Assembly: GCF_006345805.1 (NCBI RefSeq) | Contig: NC_043003.1 | Location: forward strand, 6,634,001-6,698,000 | Origin: Octopus sinensis | Lineage: Eukaryota | Reading direction: 5' to 3' | DNA: 64,000 bases | Shown here: in pieces, positions 12,071-25,639 of the stretch | How the letters are laid out: each line of letters begins with the position of its first letter | How positions within the stretch are numbered: position 1 is the stretch's first letter | Position numbers and translations under genes: made by a program | The notes under the pieces: model-generated | Database searches by the model: none | Told to the model about the DNA's origin: nothing | The model's input: the letters and a program-made list of their open reading frames with translations, nothing else

Positions 12071-12330
12071 AAGGCGGCGAGCTGGAAGAATCGTTAGCAC
12101 GCCGGGCGAAATGCTTAGCGGTATTTCGTCTGTCGATACGTTCTGAGTTCAAATTCCGCCGAGGTCGACTTTGCCTTTCATCCTTTCGGGGTCGACTTTG
12201 CCTTTCATCCTTTCGGGGTCGATTAAATAAGTACTAGTTACCCACTGGGGTCGATGTAATCGACTTAATCCGTTTGTCTGTCCTTGTTTGTCCCTTTTGT
12301 GTTTAGCCCCTTGTGGGTAGTAAAGAAATA
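12071..12330 (+). mobile_element. SINE family B monomer with 19-bp TSD, inserted in an older A-related SINE
   Basis: TSD GGTATTGGTTTGTTTACGT at 12052-12070 and 12331-12349. The flanks (12030-12070, 12350-12495) resemble the 3' half of family A. Confidence 0.9.
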
Positions 12331-12680
12331 GGTATTGGTTTGTTTACGTTCACGTAAACTATCGGTTCAACAAAATGACCGACAGAATAAGAACCAGGAT
12401 ATAAAAAATAAGTATTGGTGTTGATTCATTCGACTAAAAATTCTTCATGGCGATGCCCCAGATTGGCCGCAGTCTAATGACTCAAAACAAGTAGAAGATT
12501 TAAGATATGTATGTATATACACACACATACACACACACATGCACGCACAAACATACATACATCTATACATACATACACACATATATATACACACACACAC
12601 ATACACATACATACATACATACATACATACATGCATTCATACATTCATACATACATACATGCAAACATACATACATATGT

Positions 12681-14428
12681 AGGCTCTGTAGTGACGACCA
12701 TGACTTTGAGACTCAGTCTCAACGTATGGCTCACCACTTCACCCTACGTGGATACCCCCTCACCACTATCCACACCGCCCTTGCCAGAGCACGGTCCGTG
12801 GACCGTGTATCTGCTCTCTCTCCCCGAACCCGCCCTGTAGTCTCCCGCCTCCCTTTTCCCCTCACTTACTACCCCACGACCCTACGTCTCCAACGCACCA
12901 TTCTTCGAGCTTTCCGTCATCTCCAGTCCGACCCGTCCACTTCACACCTCTTCCCCTCTACCCGACCCCTCCCCTCTTTCAAACGAGCCCACAACCTTCG
13001 AGACCTTTTGGTCCATAGCTCCTTCCCTGACCCTACCTCCCAACCCGGCTCGTTCCCCTGCTCCCGCCCACGTTGCCGCACTTGCCCTTACCTCTCCAAC
13101 ACCACCCGCCTCACTAGCACCCACCATCGACCCTATCCATCATCCACTCCTTCACCTGCACCTCCAGCAATATTATCTATTGAATCTCTTGCTCTCCTGC
13201 AATTCCTTGTACATCGGACAAACGGGACGCCGCTTGGCTGACCGGTTCGCGGAACACCTTCGTGACATCCACCTTGCGAACGACACACCGGTCTCACACC
13301 CATTTCCGCTCCACCGGTCACTCCTTGCAACACCTATCTGTGTTCGGTTTGTCCTTACACAGAGGCCCCCGGATTCCCGTTTGGCGCCGTGAACAGGATT
13401 AATCTTCTCTCTTCGCTCTTATACGCCATTGGTCTCAACTCTCCCCCCTCCTCATCTAACCCCCCTCTCCCCCCTCCTCACCTATCCTTTCTTTCTCCCC
13501 CGACCCCTACTTCTTCAGTCCTTCATCCTTTCACCCCACACTCTCCCCTTCCTTCTTCCCTCTTTCTCCCTCCCTCTTCCCCTTCCTCTGCTCCCTCACT
13601 CCCTCTCTCCCCTTCTCTCTCTCCCCCCCCTCCTCTTTCCTCCTTCATCCCCTCCTCCCTTCCTTCTCCCCCATCGTCTCCTCTTCCCCCTTCTCCTCCC
13701 CCTCTTCTTCCCCTCCCCTACTCTCCCCCCTCTTCTCCCCCTCCCCTCTTCTCCTCACTACACCACATGACTTTACACATCACATCACATATGATGTGCC
13801 ATACTTACACACACCAACTAATACATACTAATACGTACTAATACATACTAGTACATACTAATACTTACACCAACCCTATACATACACACGTCCAGACCCC
13901 GCATACGCACTTACTCTCTCACACACACACACCACACCTATACATACCAATACGTACTAATACATACTAATACATACTATACATACACCAACCCATACAT
14001 ACGCACGTCCAGACCAATCTTACGCACTAATACTTTCTCATACACACACACACACACACACACCCTTATACATACTATACATACACCAACCCTATACATA
14101 CACACATCCAGACCCCTCCCACGCACTTTTAGCTGGTCCCTCAACCCGTTATCAACCCTATTATCTCCCCTTATTTCGCTCTCGCGTCTCATGTTTGATC
14201 TTTGACCTCTGGCCGAAATCAGATCGCCATGTTGATTCGTTAGCTACTGCACGCATTTTTTTTTCTCTCCTTCTCTGTGTTTTTCTCTCTCTGTGTATCT
14301 TCTGTTGAAGAGCGTAGGCTCGAAACGTTAAAGACTTGTTTTATTTATATTCCTGAGCGCCATATTAATACAATTGTTCGTTTGTTTTCCCTGCCTTCGT
14401 CTTTTGTTTATTTTCATAAAGCTTCCCG

Positions 14429-14430
<2 letters not shown>
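12681..14430 (+). mobile_element. 5'-truncated Penelope-like element: RT C-terminus, GIY-YIG endonuclease, pyrimidine-rich UTR, pLTR with hammerhead-like motif
   Basis: Translation includes RGYP...FPLTYYP...HNLRDLLVHSS...FPCSRPRCRTCP and CNSLYIGQTGRRLADRFAEH (GIY-YIG), with frameshifts. The pLTR is at ~14190-14430. Confidence 0.9.
14297..14335 (+). ncRNA. Minimal PLE-type hammerhead motif with non-canonical core (CUGUUGA)
   Basis: tctt-CTGTTGA-A-GAGC(GTAG)GCTC-GAAACGTTA-aaga. Stems I and II pair, and the palindromic AACGTT is in stem III. Confidence 0.5.
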
Positions 14431-14459
<29 letters not shown>

Positions 14460-14716
14460 CATACATACATACATACATACATACATGCACAACATACATA
14501 CATACATACATACATGCAACATACATACATACATACATACATACATACATACATACATACGTTCGTACGTACATACATGCACACACACACATACGCACAC
14601 ACAAGCACACACACATACATATATATATACACACACACGCATACACAGACACAACCACACACACACATATATATATACACACACGCATACTCACACACAC
14701 ACACGCGCTCACACAC

Positions 14717-14777
<61 letters not shown>

Positions 14778-14880
14778 CGCACACACAAGCACGCACGCAC
14801 ACACAAGAACGCACGCTCACACACACACACACACACACACACAGGCACACGCACACACACGCTCACACACGCTCGCACAA
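14430..14880. repeat. (TACA)n/(CA)n microsatellite
   Basis: Directly visible. Confidence 0.95.
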
Positions 14881-16155
14881 AATGCTTCAATAGCATCGCC
14901 GCAGGAAACCGGGTCATTGGCTTCCGGCTGACATGCGTAAAATTCTAGGTCAACAGCGCTGACTGTGCGACCTTTTGGTTATTTATATGTGGTGGTGGAG
15001 GTGGGTGGGTGTGTGTGTGTCTGTATATATATTTATTCCGTGTAATAATAGACGACGAGTCTATGAATTGTGTTGCAACTAAAAACAATTCTGATTATAG
15101 CGAAAGAACTGTGCCAAAACATTTTGTCACGTGGCAAGTTTTCTTGGAGAATTTGGACAAGTTTTAGAGTTCTAATGTTTCTTTTTTTTTTTTGCCTGCT
15201 TTTCTTTTTTACCAAATCATGTGAATATGACGTGTCATACGTACGTACGTACGTACGTGCGTGCATGCGTACGTATACACTACACACACAAAGTCACACG
15301 CTCACGGACACACACACATAAACACTTACACACACTTACACACACGCACGTACACACAAAAACACACGCATATGTCATTTATTAAAAACACGCGCATATG
15401 TCATTTATTAAAAACGGGATATAAATTTAATTGGCCCCCAAGTTACGAAGTTGTGTGTGTGTGTGTATTCGTAATCTCCGGCATCTAAAACGTAGGAATC
15501 CGAAAAAAAAAAATTTTTTTTAATGCATTTTTCATGGAAGGGTTCGAAACTGCATTAGCCCCGGCCTTTGAATAACTAAATAGCTTCTGTCAAACGGAAA
15601 ATAGAAAAATATATATCACTCATGTTTTGAGTTCTATTTTCCTGTTTGCAACTACCAACCCCACTAAACACGCGCGCGAAATAACTAAGGGTTACCAATG
15701 GCGTATTTGACGAATAGAGCCGAGCAAAAATATATAAAAGCTATAAAAGATACATTTTTTTAAGTGTTGTATTATCTCCGCTCTTAGAGAAAGTAGGACA
15801 ACCACTCGGTGGCACTTGAGATTGAACTGTCATTTTGTTATCAGAAAACCAGGCTGTCTTTTCGTTAACAATTCGTCAATTTTGGAAAATCTTTGGGGTT
15901 TTTGTGGTTATCTTCGCGTCTCATTTGGAGTTGGTCCCATTAAAATAAACGGTTGTCTTTGCATTCTTCCTTAATTCATAGTAAGGCTTGATAATAATTA
16001 AACACGCAAGCATCTCTGAATGTTACTACCTATAAAAGCATTGATTAGCTCAAAGGGGTTAGCTGTGTAAAGGAATCGAGGACCTTAGGGGTTTTCGCCA
16101 GTTTATAATTATCTTTATTAAAATTTTTTTTAATCTATCATATTGATGAAATTTT

Positions 16156-16581
16156 GGATCTTTTCGGTTTGAACGGCAGTTTTTTCTAGCGGTGTCATAT
16201 GAAATTGTCACCCATAATTATGACCCTAGTATCGATCTATTGCATTTCAATCTGTTTTAGGGTTAGGGTTAGGGTTGGGGTTAGGGTTAGGGGGGGTATC
16301 TTTATTTCTTCAGAAATGTAAATAAACCCAATCTGTTTCTTGAACGAGGGACATATTCATACGGCACAGAATGTTTTCACCTCAATAGACGTCATTGATT
16401 GGTTGAAATTGCAGAAATTGAAGAAAAAGCAACAACAAATATCTTACAAACTATAGAATTTTCTCAATAAAGCCAAGAGAAAAAGATGTTTTATAAACAC
16501 ATTCTACCAGTATACGAAGTTTAAATTTTTTTAGTTACCTAGAAATTATGTTAAAAACTGCCGTTCAAACCGAAAAGATCC
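16156..16581. mobile_element. MITE with ~29-bp TIRs containing six TTAGGG-type units
   Basis: TIR GGATCTTTTCGGTTTGAACGGCAGTTTTT at both ends, TTAGGG units at 16257-16292, and a second inverted copy at 22213-22619. Confidence 0.88.
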
Positions 16582-17302
16582 CAAAATTATTCTTCATTTA
16601 TTCCAGAAAAATTTTGCAAAACTGTTACAGGTGTTCAAAGATTGACCATTTTCAGAATTTTCAGCCAATCAGAGACAGCGAATTCGCTGTCTCTTCCATC
16701 ATCGGGGGGCGGGGGGGGGGCATCGGCATGTCAAAACATTGCTAGAAATAACAGTCAAAACATTAAAATATACACGAATGAAGTCAACATTAAAACATTC
16801 GCGAGCAAATTAAATATTTAAAAGCTACCAACAAACAAACAGAGTTGAATGTTCACCATCTCACTTCCATTGCACGCACGCACACACATACACACACACA
16901 CACACACACATTCACACAACTTCCTTTGCATACACACACACACACACACACACACACTTTCGCAACCAGTTTGCCATCACCCCTTCCTTTCTCATTAATA
17001 TGTTGTGACGGAGAAAAACACAAGAGCGTTATCATAGTAGAAGATTATCTTTCTCGTATCTTCCTCTCCTTGTACGTATCAATAGCATCTTTGGTTACTA
17101 TGGAAACAGAGTTTTTCGCCCGGTGATGTGTAAAACACTCGCTTCTGATTGGTTAAAATACCCAAATTTTGCAAATTTTAAAGGCTAACAACTTTTTAAT
17201 TATGGATTTATAGGGAAAATGAATTTCATATTCATGATCAGTATGCAAAACTTAATCTAATTACCAAATCTGAAAACAATTGGAACAAAATTGTAAGTAG
17301 TA

Positions 17303-17488
17303 ACGAAATACCTATTTCTTTACTACCCACAAGGGGCTAAATACAGATAGGACAAACAAGGATAGACAAACGGATTAAGTCGATTATATCGACCCCAGTG
17401 CGTAACTGGTACTTAATTTATCGACCCCGAAAGGATGAAAGGCAAAGTCGACCTCGGCGGAATTTGAACTCAGAACGTAACGGCAGAG
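17303..17488 (-). mobile_element. SINE family B headless single unit
   Basis: Matches the ~180-bp unit; no tRNA head. Confidence 0.85.
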
Positions 17489-17526
17489 AAAACCAGAAAG
17501 ATCCGGAATCGAACCCGAAATCACAT

Positions 17527-17915
17527 AACTTTGATAACTTTGATAGGCCCAGGCTATGTGTAACTAAATAGCACCACATTGTGATGTCTTTTAATCATAT
17601 ATAGGGGGCCATGGCCCACTCTAGCAAAGCGTTTGTATCGTTGGAGATATATCCGGGTGTAGGAGGTTGGTCCGGGTTTTTTGAAGAAATTTGTCCAGCG
17701 AACTTTTGAATTCTATGGGATCCATTTCCGTTTTGTTGTATTTTGGTAAGGTATTAAAGAGAGCCGCACCAGTTGAGGTAAAGTAGTTGTGGCCTAATGT
17801 GTCCTGAGTTCGATATTTGCAGTGGGCGGATAGCACGGGGGCCAAGTCTTGGGTAGATTTTTAAAAATTGATGCCAACATCATTTGTGCAATAGTCGTGG
17901 AATATTTTTCCTCAT
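17527..17915 (-). mobile_element. CR1-type LINE 3' end with (TATCAAAG)n-type tail
   Basis: Same family as 38533-39488 (HNYFTSTGAALFNTLPK...FKSSLDKFLQ). Confidence 0.85.
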
Positions 17916-17990
17916 CACACAAATGGCGTTGCCCTCCTGGCGGCGGCGGCGGCAAGGCCGATCGACTTGGTTTTTCTACACTACTGCTAT

Positions 17991-18031
<41 letters not shown>

Positions 18032-18662
18032 TTACTACTACAACAACAATTAGGACGCTGAGTTAGAAGAAAACAATTTATCACAACAACAACAACAACA
18101 ACTGCTACTGCTGCTATTGACACGTAGCAAGTTAAGCATCAACCTTGAAATATCATCTGTCGCATTTCCGCCCCACCACCATCCACACCCCCACCAGCCC
18201 ACCCACCTCCGCCCCCAGCCCACCCACCTAACAGTAGCTCGTTCGTTCCCCACCGCCACTACCAGCTGTACCACCACCTCGACCCCCCCTCCTTCCTTCT
18301 GATAACCTACTTAAACATGTGGGGTATAATGTATATATCATGTTTATAATGGGTGTATAATGTATGTAGAGTGTGTAGAATGGTATGTGTGTGTGTGTGT
18401 GTGTGTCAGATTAAAGAATTCTTGGAATGTCCTCATCATCATCATCATCAACTTGTTAAAAGCTTCCTCCTCTTTATTCTCTATTCCTAACTATTCTTTA
18501 CCATTCTCCACCAGTTCTTAGTAACCCATACCATTACTTACCATTTTCAAATTTTAATCTTTTTAATCTTTCTTAATAATCCTTCATCATCACTTAACCT
18601 TCTTTACCATTCTTTAACTGCCATTATTATTCTTTATCTTTTTTTTTTTACCACTCATAACT

Positions 18663-18878
18663 CTTACTCTTTTACTCTTTTACTCTTTTACTTGTTTCAG
18701 TCATTTGACTGCGGCCATGCTGGAGCACCGCCTTTAGTCGAGCAAATCGACCCCGGGACTTATTATTTGTAAGCCCAGTACTTATTCTATCGGTCTCTTT
18801 TGCCGAACCGCTAAGTGACGGGGACGTAAACATACCAGCATCGGTTGTCAAGCAATGCTAGGGGGACAAACACACACA

Positions 18879-18909
<31 letters not shown>

Positions 18910-18911
18910 CA

Positions 18912-18975
<64 letters not shown>

Positions 18976-19120
18976 GACAGGCTTCTTTCAGTTTCCGTCT
19001 ACCAAATCCACTCACAAGGCATTAGTCGGCCCGGGGCTATAGCAGAAGACACTTGCCCAAGATGCCACGCAGTGGGACTGAACCCGGAACCATGTGGTTG
19101 GTTAGCAAGCTACTTACCAC
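18663..19120 (-). mobile_element. SINE family A
   Basis: Near full length; inserted in a degenerate ACCATTCTT-rich tract. Confidence 0.9.
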
Positions 19121-19920
19121 CCATAACTCTTCGTTATAATTTTTTTACCACTTCTTACCAATCTTTACCATTCTTTGCTGTTTTCTACCATTGTTTACCA
19201 TTCGTTGCCATTCTTTAACAGTCATAATTAATACAGTCTAATTTTTAACCATTTCTGCTATTTATTACCATTCTCCGGCACTTTTAGTCATTCCTTACTA
19301 TTTTTTTTTTAACATTCACAAAGGTTCCTTATCACTCTTTACTATTTCCATTCCTTACCATTTCAAGGGAATATGAATTAACCCAATACTATCTGCGGGT
19401 GTCTTTGAAAACAGACGAGATAACTGTAATGGATAACTTCCTCTTCCAGGGATAAGAAAATTCCTTTTGGGACTTTCTCTTTCCAACCGAAGTAATTCCA
19501 GTTTTTTCTTCATGTTCTTTCTATCCTCTCTCCCTCTCTCTCTCTCTCCCTCTCTTCCTCTCTCTTTCTCCCCCTTCCTTTTTCCGTCTCTTTCTCTCCG
19601 CCGTTCGACTGAACTTGTGACATCGAAGTAAGTCGTATTTGTTTAGATCAGATGAATAAAGTTCCAGTTCTTAAAACCAGTTTTATAAATGAATACATTT
19701 AGCTGGACGACACACAGAGAGAGGGCGAAGTGAAGAGAGAGGTGAGGGAGGTAGAGAGGGGGAGCGAAGAAATTGCGGGAAGGAAAAACTAATTTTTTTC
19801 CTAAAATAGTTTTTCTCTCTCCGCTTCCAACAACACCCTCATCCAAATAGTCCCACTCCTTCTCCCTTCTTTTCTTTCCCTTCTTCTCACTCTCCTCCCT
19901 CCTCTCTCTCTCTCTCTCTC

Positions 19921-19951
<31 letters not shown>

Positions 19952-19954
19952 GAT

Positions 19955-21340
19955 CACTGTTCAGAGAGCAGCTGATTTCCACAACAGAGCATACCTTTCC
20001 TCTTGTGGCCTCACACAACAATATCTCTCCGGTTGCGTTTTAACTTGGTGGCTGTTTTAATTTCTAAGTTCTACCAATATTCTTTTCACCCATCGGTCTC
20101 AATATGGTCGGCTTCGTCTGTAGGAGTTTTCTTTCTTGCTATCTTGTTTCAGACTGTTCCGGCCATCGCATGCCTCGTGGGAAGATAATATCTGAAAGAC
20201 ATTCATCGTAGTTGGCAATAATGTGCTTGATGTTGCTGTTGCTGTTGAGCGAAGCGGTCTTCGTCCCAGAGCTCTGTAGTGGGAGAAGTCCGAAACGTGG
20301 TCCTTTGCTATTCGTAAGACCCGCAGAAGAGAAAGCAGGGCAGCCCCCGACACCGAGAGCATCGACGGATGGATGAATGCGCATCCAGGCTCAGCGGTTG
20401 CGTAGGAAGTCGGGGACAAGAAACAGGAAGAAAGAGTGAGACGAAGTTGGAGCGAAAGAGTACACCAGGGGTCGCCACCACTCCCTGCCGGAGCCTCGTG
20501 GAGCTTTAGGTGTTTTCGCTCAATAAACACACACAACGCCCGGTCTGGGAATCGAAACCGCGATCCTCCGACCGCGAGTCCGCTGCCCTAACCACTGGGC
20601 CATTGCCTCCACTTGTGGTTGATGTCTTCAGTTTTGGTCTTGCACAGCCTAAATTTCTTGTCTCTGTTTTCTGCCTTACTTTGTTGAGGTCTCTTGTTTT
20701 TGAAGTGCATGGCGGTAGCTTTCGAAGTGGGATGTCATAAACCAGTCGGCACTCCACCCCAGGCTTTTGATATGATCGATATTCTTTCTATAGTTTGTGT
20801 CTTTTGGGACAAGTTCCTGTGTACTATCTTCTCAGTGGATTGGTGCATTTTTATATTTTCTGATTTTGATAAATAGATTTTGCCAATGCTCCTTGAGGAG
20901 CTCTTACTTCATGCCTCTCCTTAAATTCATTAGCTCTCCTAATTATGTCGTTGATTTTATGGTCACAAACTTGGCGTGGAAAGTATAGACTGTCCACATC
21001 TCTATTGATGATAAAGCTTCCTGTGACACCGAGCAACTTGCGAGTTTGAACAACTATCTTATTGAGTTCTTGTGGGGATAAGTTCAGAAGGTCAAGAGTA
21101 AGCTGGGGACAGGCACTGCAAAAGTGTTGCAGGCAACGTGCTTGATATAAGCTGACAGCTCTGATGACCTTATTCTCTCTATTGTCCAAGAGTATTCATT
21201 CCTTGTCATCTCCTTATTTATGGGTCCATCATATCTGACATTCTGATCTTGCCCAAGATAATCGTCACCTGATTGTAGAGGTTGTATCGTCGAGTCGTTC
21301 ATTTTCTGAGGGCACAACTTTTCCGCTTGTTATCGCATGT
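19955..21340 (-). mobile_element. RLE-encoding (R4/Dong-like) non-LTR retrotransposon fragment, interrupted by SINE C
   Basis: Translation includes YLGQD..RYDGPINKE...SSELSAY.KHVA.NTFAVP, TGSFIINRDVDSLYFPRQ and KVCSVVEISCS, with stops and frameshifts. Confidence 0.75.
20230..20610 (-). mobile_element. SINE family C (head GGAGGCAATGGCCCAGTGGTTAGGGCAGCGGACTCGCGG), tail type 1
   Basis: tRNA-like head with A/B boxes and a (GCAACA)n end; matches 47082-47451. Confidence 0.88.
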
Positions 21341-21774
21341 TTTGAGGGACCCACTGTGCCTTATACGTGTACGTTTTTTATCTGTCGCTGTTTATTTGCA
21401 ATGCACTTTTTCATTCTTTATGTATGTATGTATGTATGTATGACTATATGTGCAGATTTGTATGTATACGTGTATGTATATGTGTATGGATGGATGGACG
21501 GATGGACGGACGCATGTATACGTATATGCATGTATGTGTGTGTTTGTATATATGTATGTCTGTATGTATGTCTGTATGTATGTATACATGTATGTATGTA
21601 TACATGTATGTATACATGTATGTATAAATGTATGTATGTATATGTGTATGGATGGATGGATGGATTCATATATGCATATATGCATGTATGTGTGTGTTTG
21701 TATGTATGTATGTATGTATGTCTGTATGTATGTATGTATGTATTCGGATTTCTATTTTCTCTTATGTATGTCTT

Positions 21775-22090
21775 CTCATGCATATAGCTACATATCTAGA
21801 CATACTCATATATACATAACTGATAAAAGTCTGGAAAGTTTTGCAGATTTTTACAGTTCTTGTCATGGTTCTCGTCTCTGTAGTCTTCGAACCAGCTTTC
21901 TCTTTTTTACTGTCTACTCGTGTGTATCGGGCCATGTTTTCTGCTAATCGTGTGTCTGAGGTCTTCCACGTAAATACGACATAATCAACATTTTCGGTTG
22001 CATCTCTTTTATCGATTAGGCATTTCGTAACATAATCCCCGGTTCTTGTATTGCAAATGCATTGTGTTTGAAGTGTGATGTGATGTAGCG
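21775..22090 (-). mobile_element. RLE LINE 3' end (internally deleted) adjoining a (TACA)n array
   Basis: Shares its 3' terminus (CTCATGCATATAG..ACAT..CTAGACAT.CTCATATAT on the + strand) with the copies at 40522 and 48526. NAFAIQE motif at ~22060. Confidence 0.7.
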
Positions 22091-22212
22091 GTCACGATTC
22101 CAACGGAGGCTTCGCTTCTTATCATTGTTACTGTCTTCTTCAAGTTTTCTTCAAGGCTTCTTCAAGCCTTCGGGAAACATACTCATGCATACCCTTTCTT
22201 AAAAATATTTTT

Positions 22213-22619
22213 GGATCTTTTCGGTTTGGACGGCAATTTTTTAAAATAATTTCCACGTAACTAAACACTTTTAAACTTCGTATACTGGTAGAATGTGTTT
22301 ATAAAACATCTTTTTCTCTTGGCTTTATTGAGAAAATTCTATAGTTTGTAAGATATTTGTTGTTTTTTTCTTCAATTTCTGCAATTTCAACCAATCAATG
22401 ACGTCTATTGAGGTGAAAACATTCTGTGCCGTATGAATATGTTCCTCGTTCAAGAAACAGATTGGGTTTATTTACATTTCTAAAAAAAAAATATACCTTT
22501 CCCACCACCCCAAACCCTAAAACAGATTGAAATGCAATAGATCGATACTAGGGTCATAATTATGGGTAACAATTTCATGACACCGCTAGAAAAAACTTCC
22601 GTTCAAACCGAAAAGATCC
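22213..22619. mobile_element. Second copy of the telomeric-repeat MITE, inverted relative to 16156-16581
   Basis: Same TIRs and internal sequence; telomeric units reduced and degenerate. Confidence 0.88.
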
Positions 22620-22699
22620 TTTTTTTTTTTTATTTGGTATACTGAACATTTCACATCCAGGTCGACTTTGACGTATGTTAGTCCGGCTGTTTTGGAATT

Positions 22700-22930
22700 G
22701 TATGGGAGATCATAATCGCATCTTAAGTCGCTCACTGCCGACACGTAGCAGATTTTCTCTACACTTTTCCGTACTAAGTTAATGTATTTATTTGTGCTGC
22801 AGTTGTTTACGACATTCGTAGGCTGCCTGCACTGGTCTCGAACTTCTACATCCTTTATCTCTTCTTAGGTCGAGCCTGTCGATGTCACTATTTCTGTGGA
22901 GGTTTCCAGTTGATGTAAACATTTTGCAGG
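22700..22930 (-). mobile_element. RLE LINE RT-thumb fragment
   Basis: TGNLHRNSDIDRL motif, homologous to the 20.98-21.04 kb segment. Confidence 0.5.
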
Positions 22931-23379
22931 TTTTAACGTTTGTGGAGGAATGAAGAGAGACGTCGGGCCCCTGGAGCGAGGGAAGAAGCAGGGCATTTGA
23001 ATAGCCTCTTTCTTCGACACGTCATCAAGGGGAACAGACGTACGGAAGGAATCACAGAGAGAGTAGTTTCTGGACAGAGGGTAGGATAGTGCAATACGAC
23101 CAATGAGTTCTTGCCGACCTTCGTGAAGCGAAGCTGAACTCTCTGTCTTGATTTCGTCTCGAGTTGAAAACATGATTTTGCCTTGTGAGTTTTGTGGCCG
23201 CAATTTTAATGTGAAAGTAATTCCCAAACAATGAACAATACATACTAAGGTTTTAACTTAAGAAGATTCCACAAAGCAACGATTTGAAGTGCTGTACTTA
23301 ACTATAAAGTTAAGCAAAATTCTAAAAAGGAAATTCCGATACCAAAGTCAAACTGAAGAGTTAAGTATGAAGACTTTAT

Positions 23380-24000
23380 ACATTCCGTCTGCAAAATGAA
23401 GAAAGTGAGCCTGGCTTTGGCTGAGAGGACAATAGGACTCTGTTTTGGGCCAGGATGGTTCACCCTAGTGTCACCAGGGAGTGTTCGGAAAACAGTTGTG
23501 ACAGAGGTCAGTCTATCGACCCTACGCCGAGTATGCATGAAGCAGGAAAAATTCGACTGGAAGATGCAAGCGATAGACGTGATACACTATCAGCGAAGGT
23601 TGTTCCTTTCAGTGGTTGACTGTAGACCAGGGTGAATAGCGATATGAATGGAAATAGCGGCCGAAATCGCAGAGGAGCTGAATACAGTGTTCCTAGAAAG
23701 GGGCCAGCAGACGAGCTGTTAATGAACAACAGCAAAGCGTTTCTTTCGGGGCAGCTGAAGGGAATGCTCGAAAGATTGAGCATCAGACATTTCTTTAGGG
23801 ATGTATTCACGCCCAGTGGAAATGGGATTGCGAACGATACCATCGCACAATTAAAGTCATAGCTGAGAGGCTGATCTCCCCACCCTCTGAGGCAGATGTT
23901 TGGTAAAATATATTGCCCAGAGTAGGACAAGTTGAGTCGAGTCCACAAAGAGCCATATTCCAGTACGACTGCTGTAAGCTTCTAAGTTTGGCCATAATAT
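23380..24000 (+). mobile_element. Degenerate LTR-retrotransposon integrase fragment
   Basis: WKMQAIDVIHYQRRLFLSVVDCRPG...GPADELLMNNSKAFLS...IRHFFRDVFTPSGNGIA fits the D, D and E neighbourhoods of an rve core, with frameshifts. Confidence 0.65.
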
Positions 24001-24009
24001 TTTTGGCTC

Positions 24010-24490
24010 ACTCTATCTTTATTCACACCACATTAGTATGATATATTTTCATCAATTCCTAGGTACCTGTAGCATTCTTTGTGTGAAACGGGGGAGATAT
24101 TGAGACTATTCATGCACAGGTTTTGGGTCTGGGGGCTGATTTTATAGGTTCAACAATCAAATATGAACATTTCTTTTGGCCAAGTTCCATTCCTATGTTA
24201 TCAATATTGTTATTAATTGCAGTTTGTTTGTTTGTTTGTTTGTTTGTTTGTTTTTTGTCTTTTTTGTTTGTTTTTTTTTGCATTGTTAACACTTTTAAGA
24301 GAAATATCTTGAGGTCATCGGCAAAGAGATGTTATGGGTTACATTAACATCTCTCTAGCAGTTGCAGACCCTAACATGTAACCATTTGATTTTTGTAGCA
24401 GGAATGAAAATGGATTCAATGCCAAAATAAATAAAGCTACTGAAAAACTCAATCCTTGGAATATCCCTTTGAAATATTTATAACATTGGA
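24010..24490 (-). mobile_element. RLE LINE RT core fragment
   Basis: KGIFQG..FSVALFILALNPFSFLL...FADDLK...IGMELGQKKCSYL. Confidence 0.75.
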
Positions 24491-25639
24491 GGTGGGGGTC
24501 GTTCCAATCTCAGTACTGGGTGTTAGAATTGTTGTCCAGGTCTTTGTGAGCCCCTAAATGGCAGTAAATAAGGTAGCAGGCACTTTTGCAAAACGTAGAC
24601 ATTTCAGCAGCCATGAATGGGGAACAGACTCAAATGCCTTTAACAAGATTTTCGAGATCTCCTTCAGAGCGAGCTTTCTTAACGGTAATATTTACCTTCC
24701 TCATGTCTCTGTATATTGTCTGTGGGTCGGAAGCAAACTAAGGATTTATAGAGGATCGTTCAAAAATTCGTCTATGACAGAGAAAATTTTCGCTCAGCGC
24801 CCTTTGTTCGTTTCGTTTTTTTTTTTTTTATAAGTTTCAGCTCAGAGCTGCGGCTATGCTGATGCACCGCCGTTTTGCGCTACACTGTTGTTACTAGGAG
24901 CCTCCTCGAATATGTGGCACTTGATGAAGAATGGAGTTTGATATAGCTACCCCCTCATTTGCACCTCTTGCCGTGAGGTAAGCTCATCTGGGACTCTCGA
25001 CAGGAAGAGGTCTAGCTTTGATTTTAAAAACCCTACATCTACTTTGTGCAAGTTCCTCAGACTCTTTGGGAGAATATTAAAAAGCTGTGGGCCCTCGAAA
25101 TCCAGGCCGTTGCAGTAACTGGTCCTGAAGAGTAATCTTACTTCAAGATTGTTTCTTCATGATTTAGAGTAATCTTACCTCAAGAACTTAGTGGGAAGTG
25201 TCACCGTGGAATTTCATTAATTTATTCATATGACGTCATTGGTGAGGTGTAAACTCATTATTCCTCTGACATTTTATTCTTGTGGTTTACCATCCAATAT
25301 GGCGGTGCAGCTTATTGCTGTTTTCTTTATGTTTTGTTTTCCACCCAGGTTGCTTCCGTTTAGTAGTTTCATTACCATTTATACTACATACGTGTGTACA
25401 CATGTATGTTTGATGCGACATCCGAACAAACTCTTTCTTTTACTCTCTCTCTCTCTCTCCCCCCTCTCTCTCTCTCCTTTTTTCTTGGGGGGGGTATGTG
25501 TGCACGCGCGTGTGCGCATGTAAAAACAAACTTTTTATATATATAGCTACACTCTGACATCTATATGCCTGCTGCTGCACCACTTAACATTACATCAGCT
25601 GCATTCCGACTGCACACATGCATTGTCCTATCGCAGCGG

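Noticed and set aside
16257-16292. Telomere or chromosome-fusion site
   Set aside because: Only six units, internal to a MITE that has a second copy in the window.
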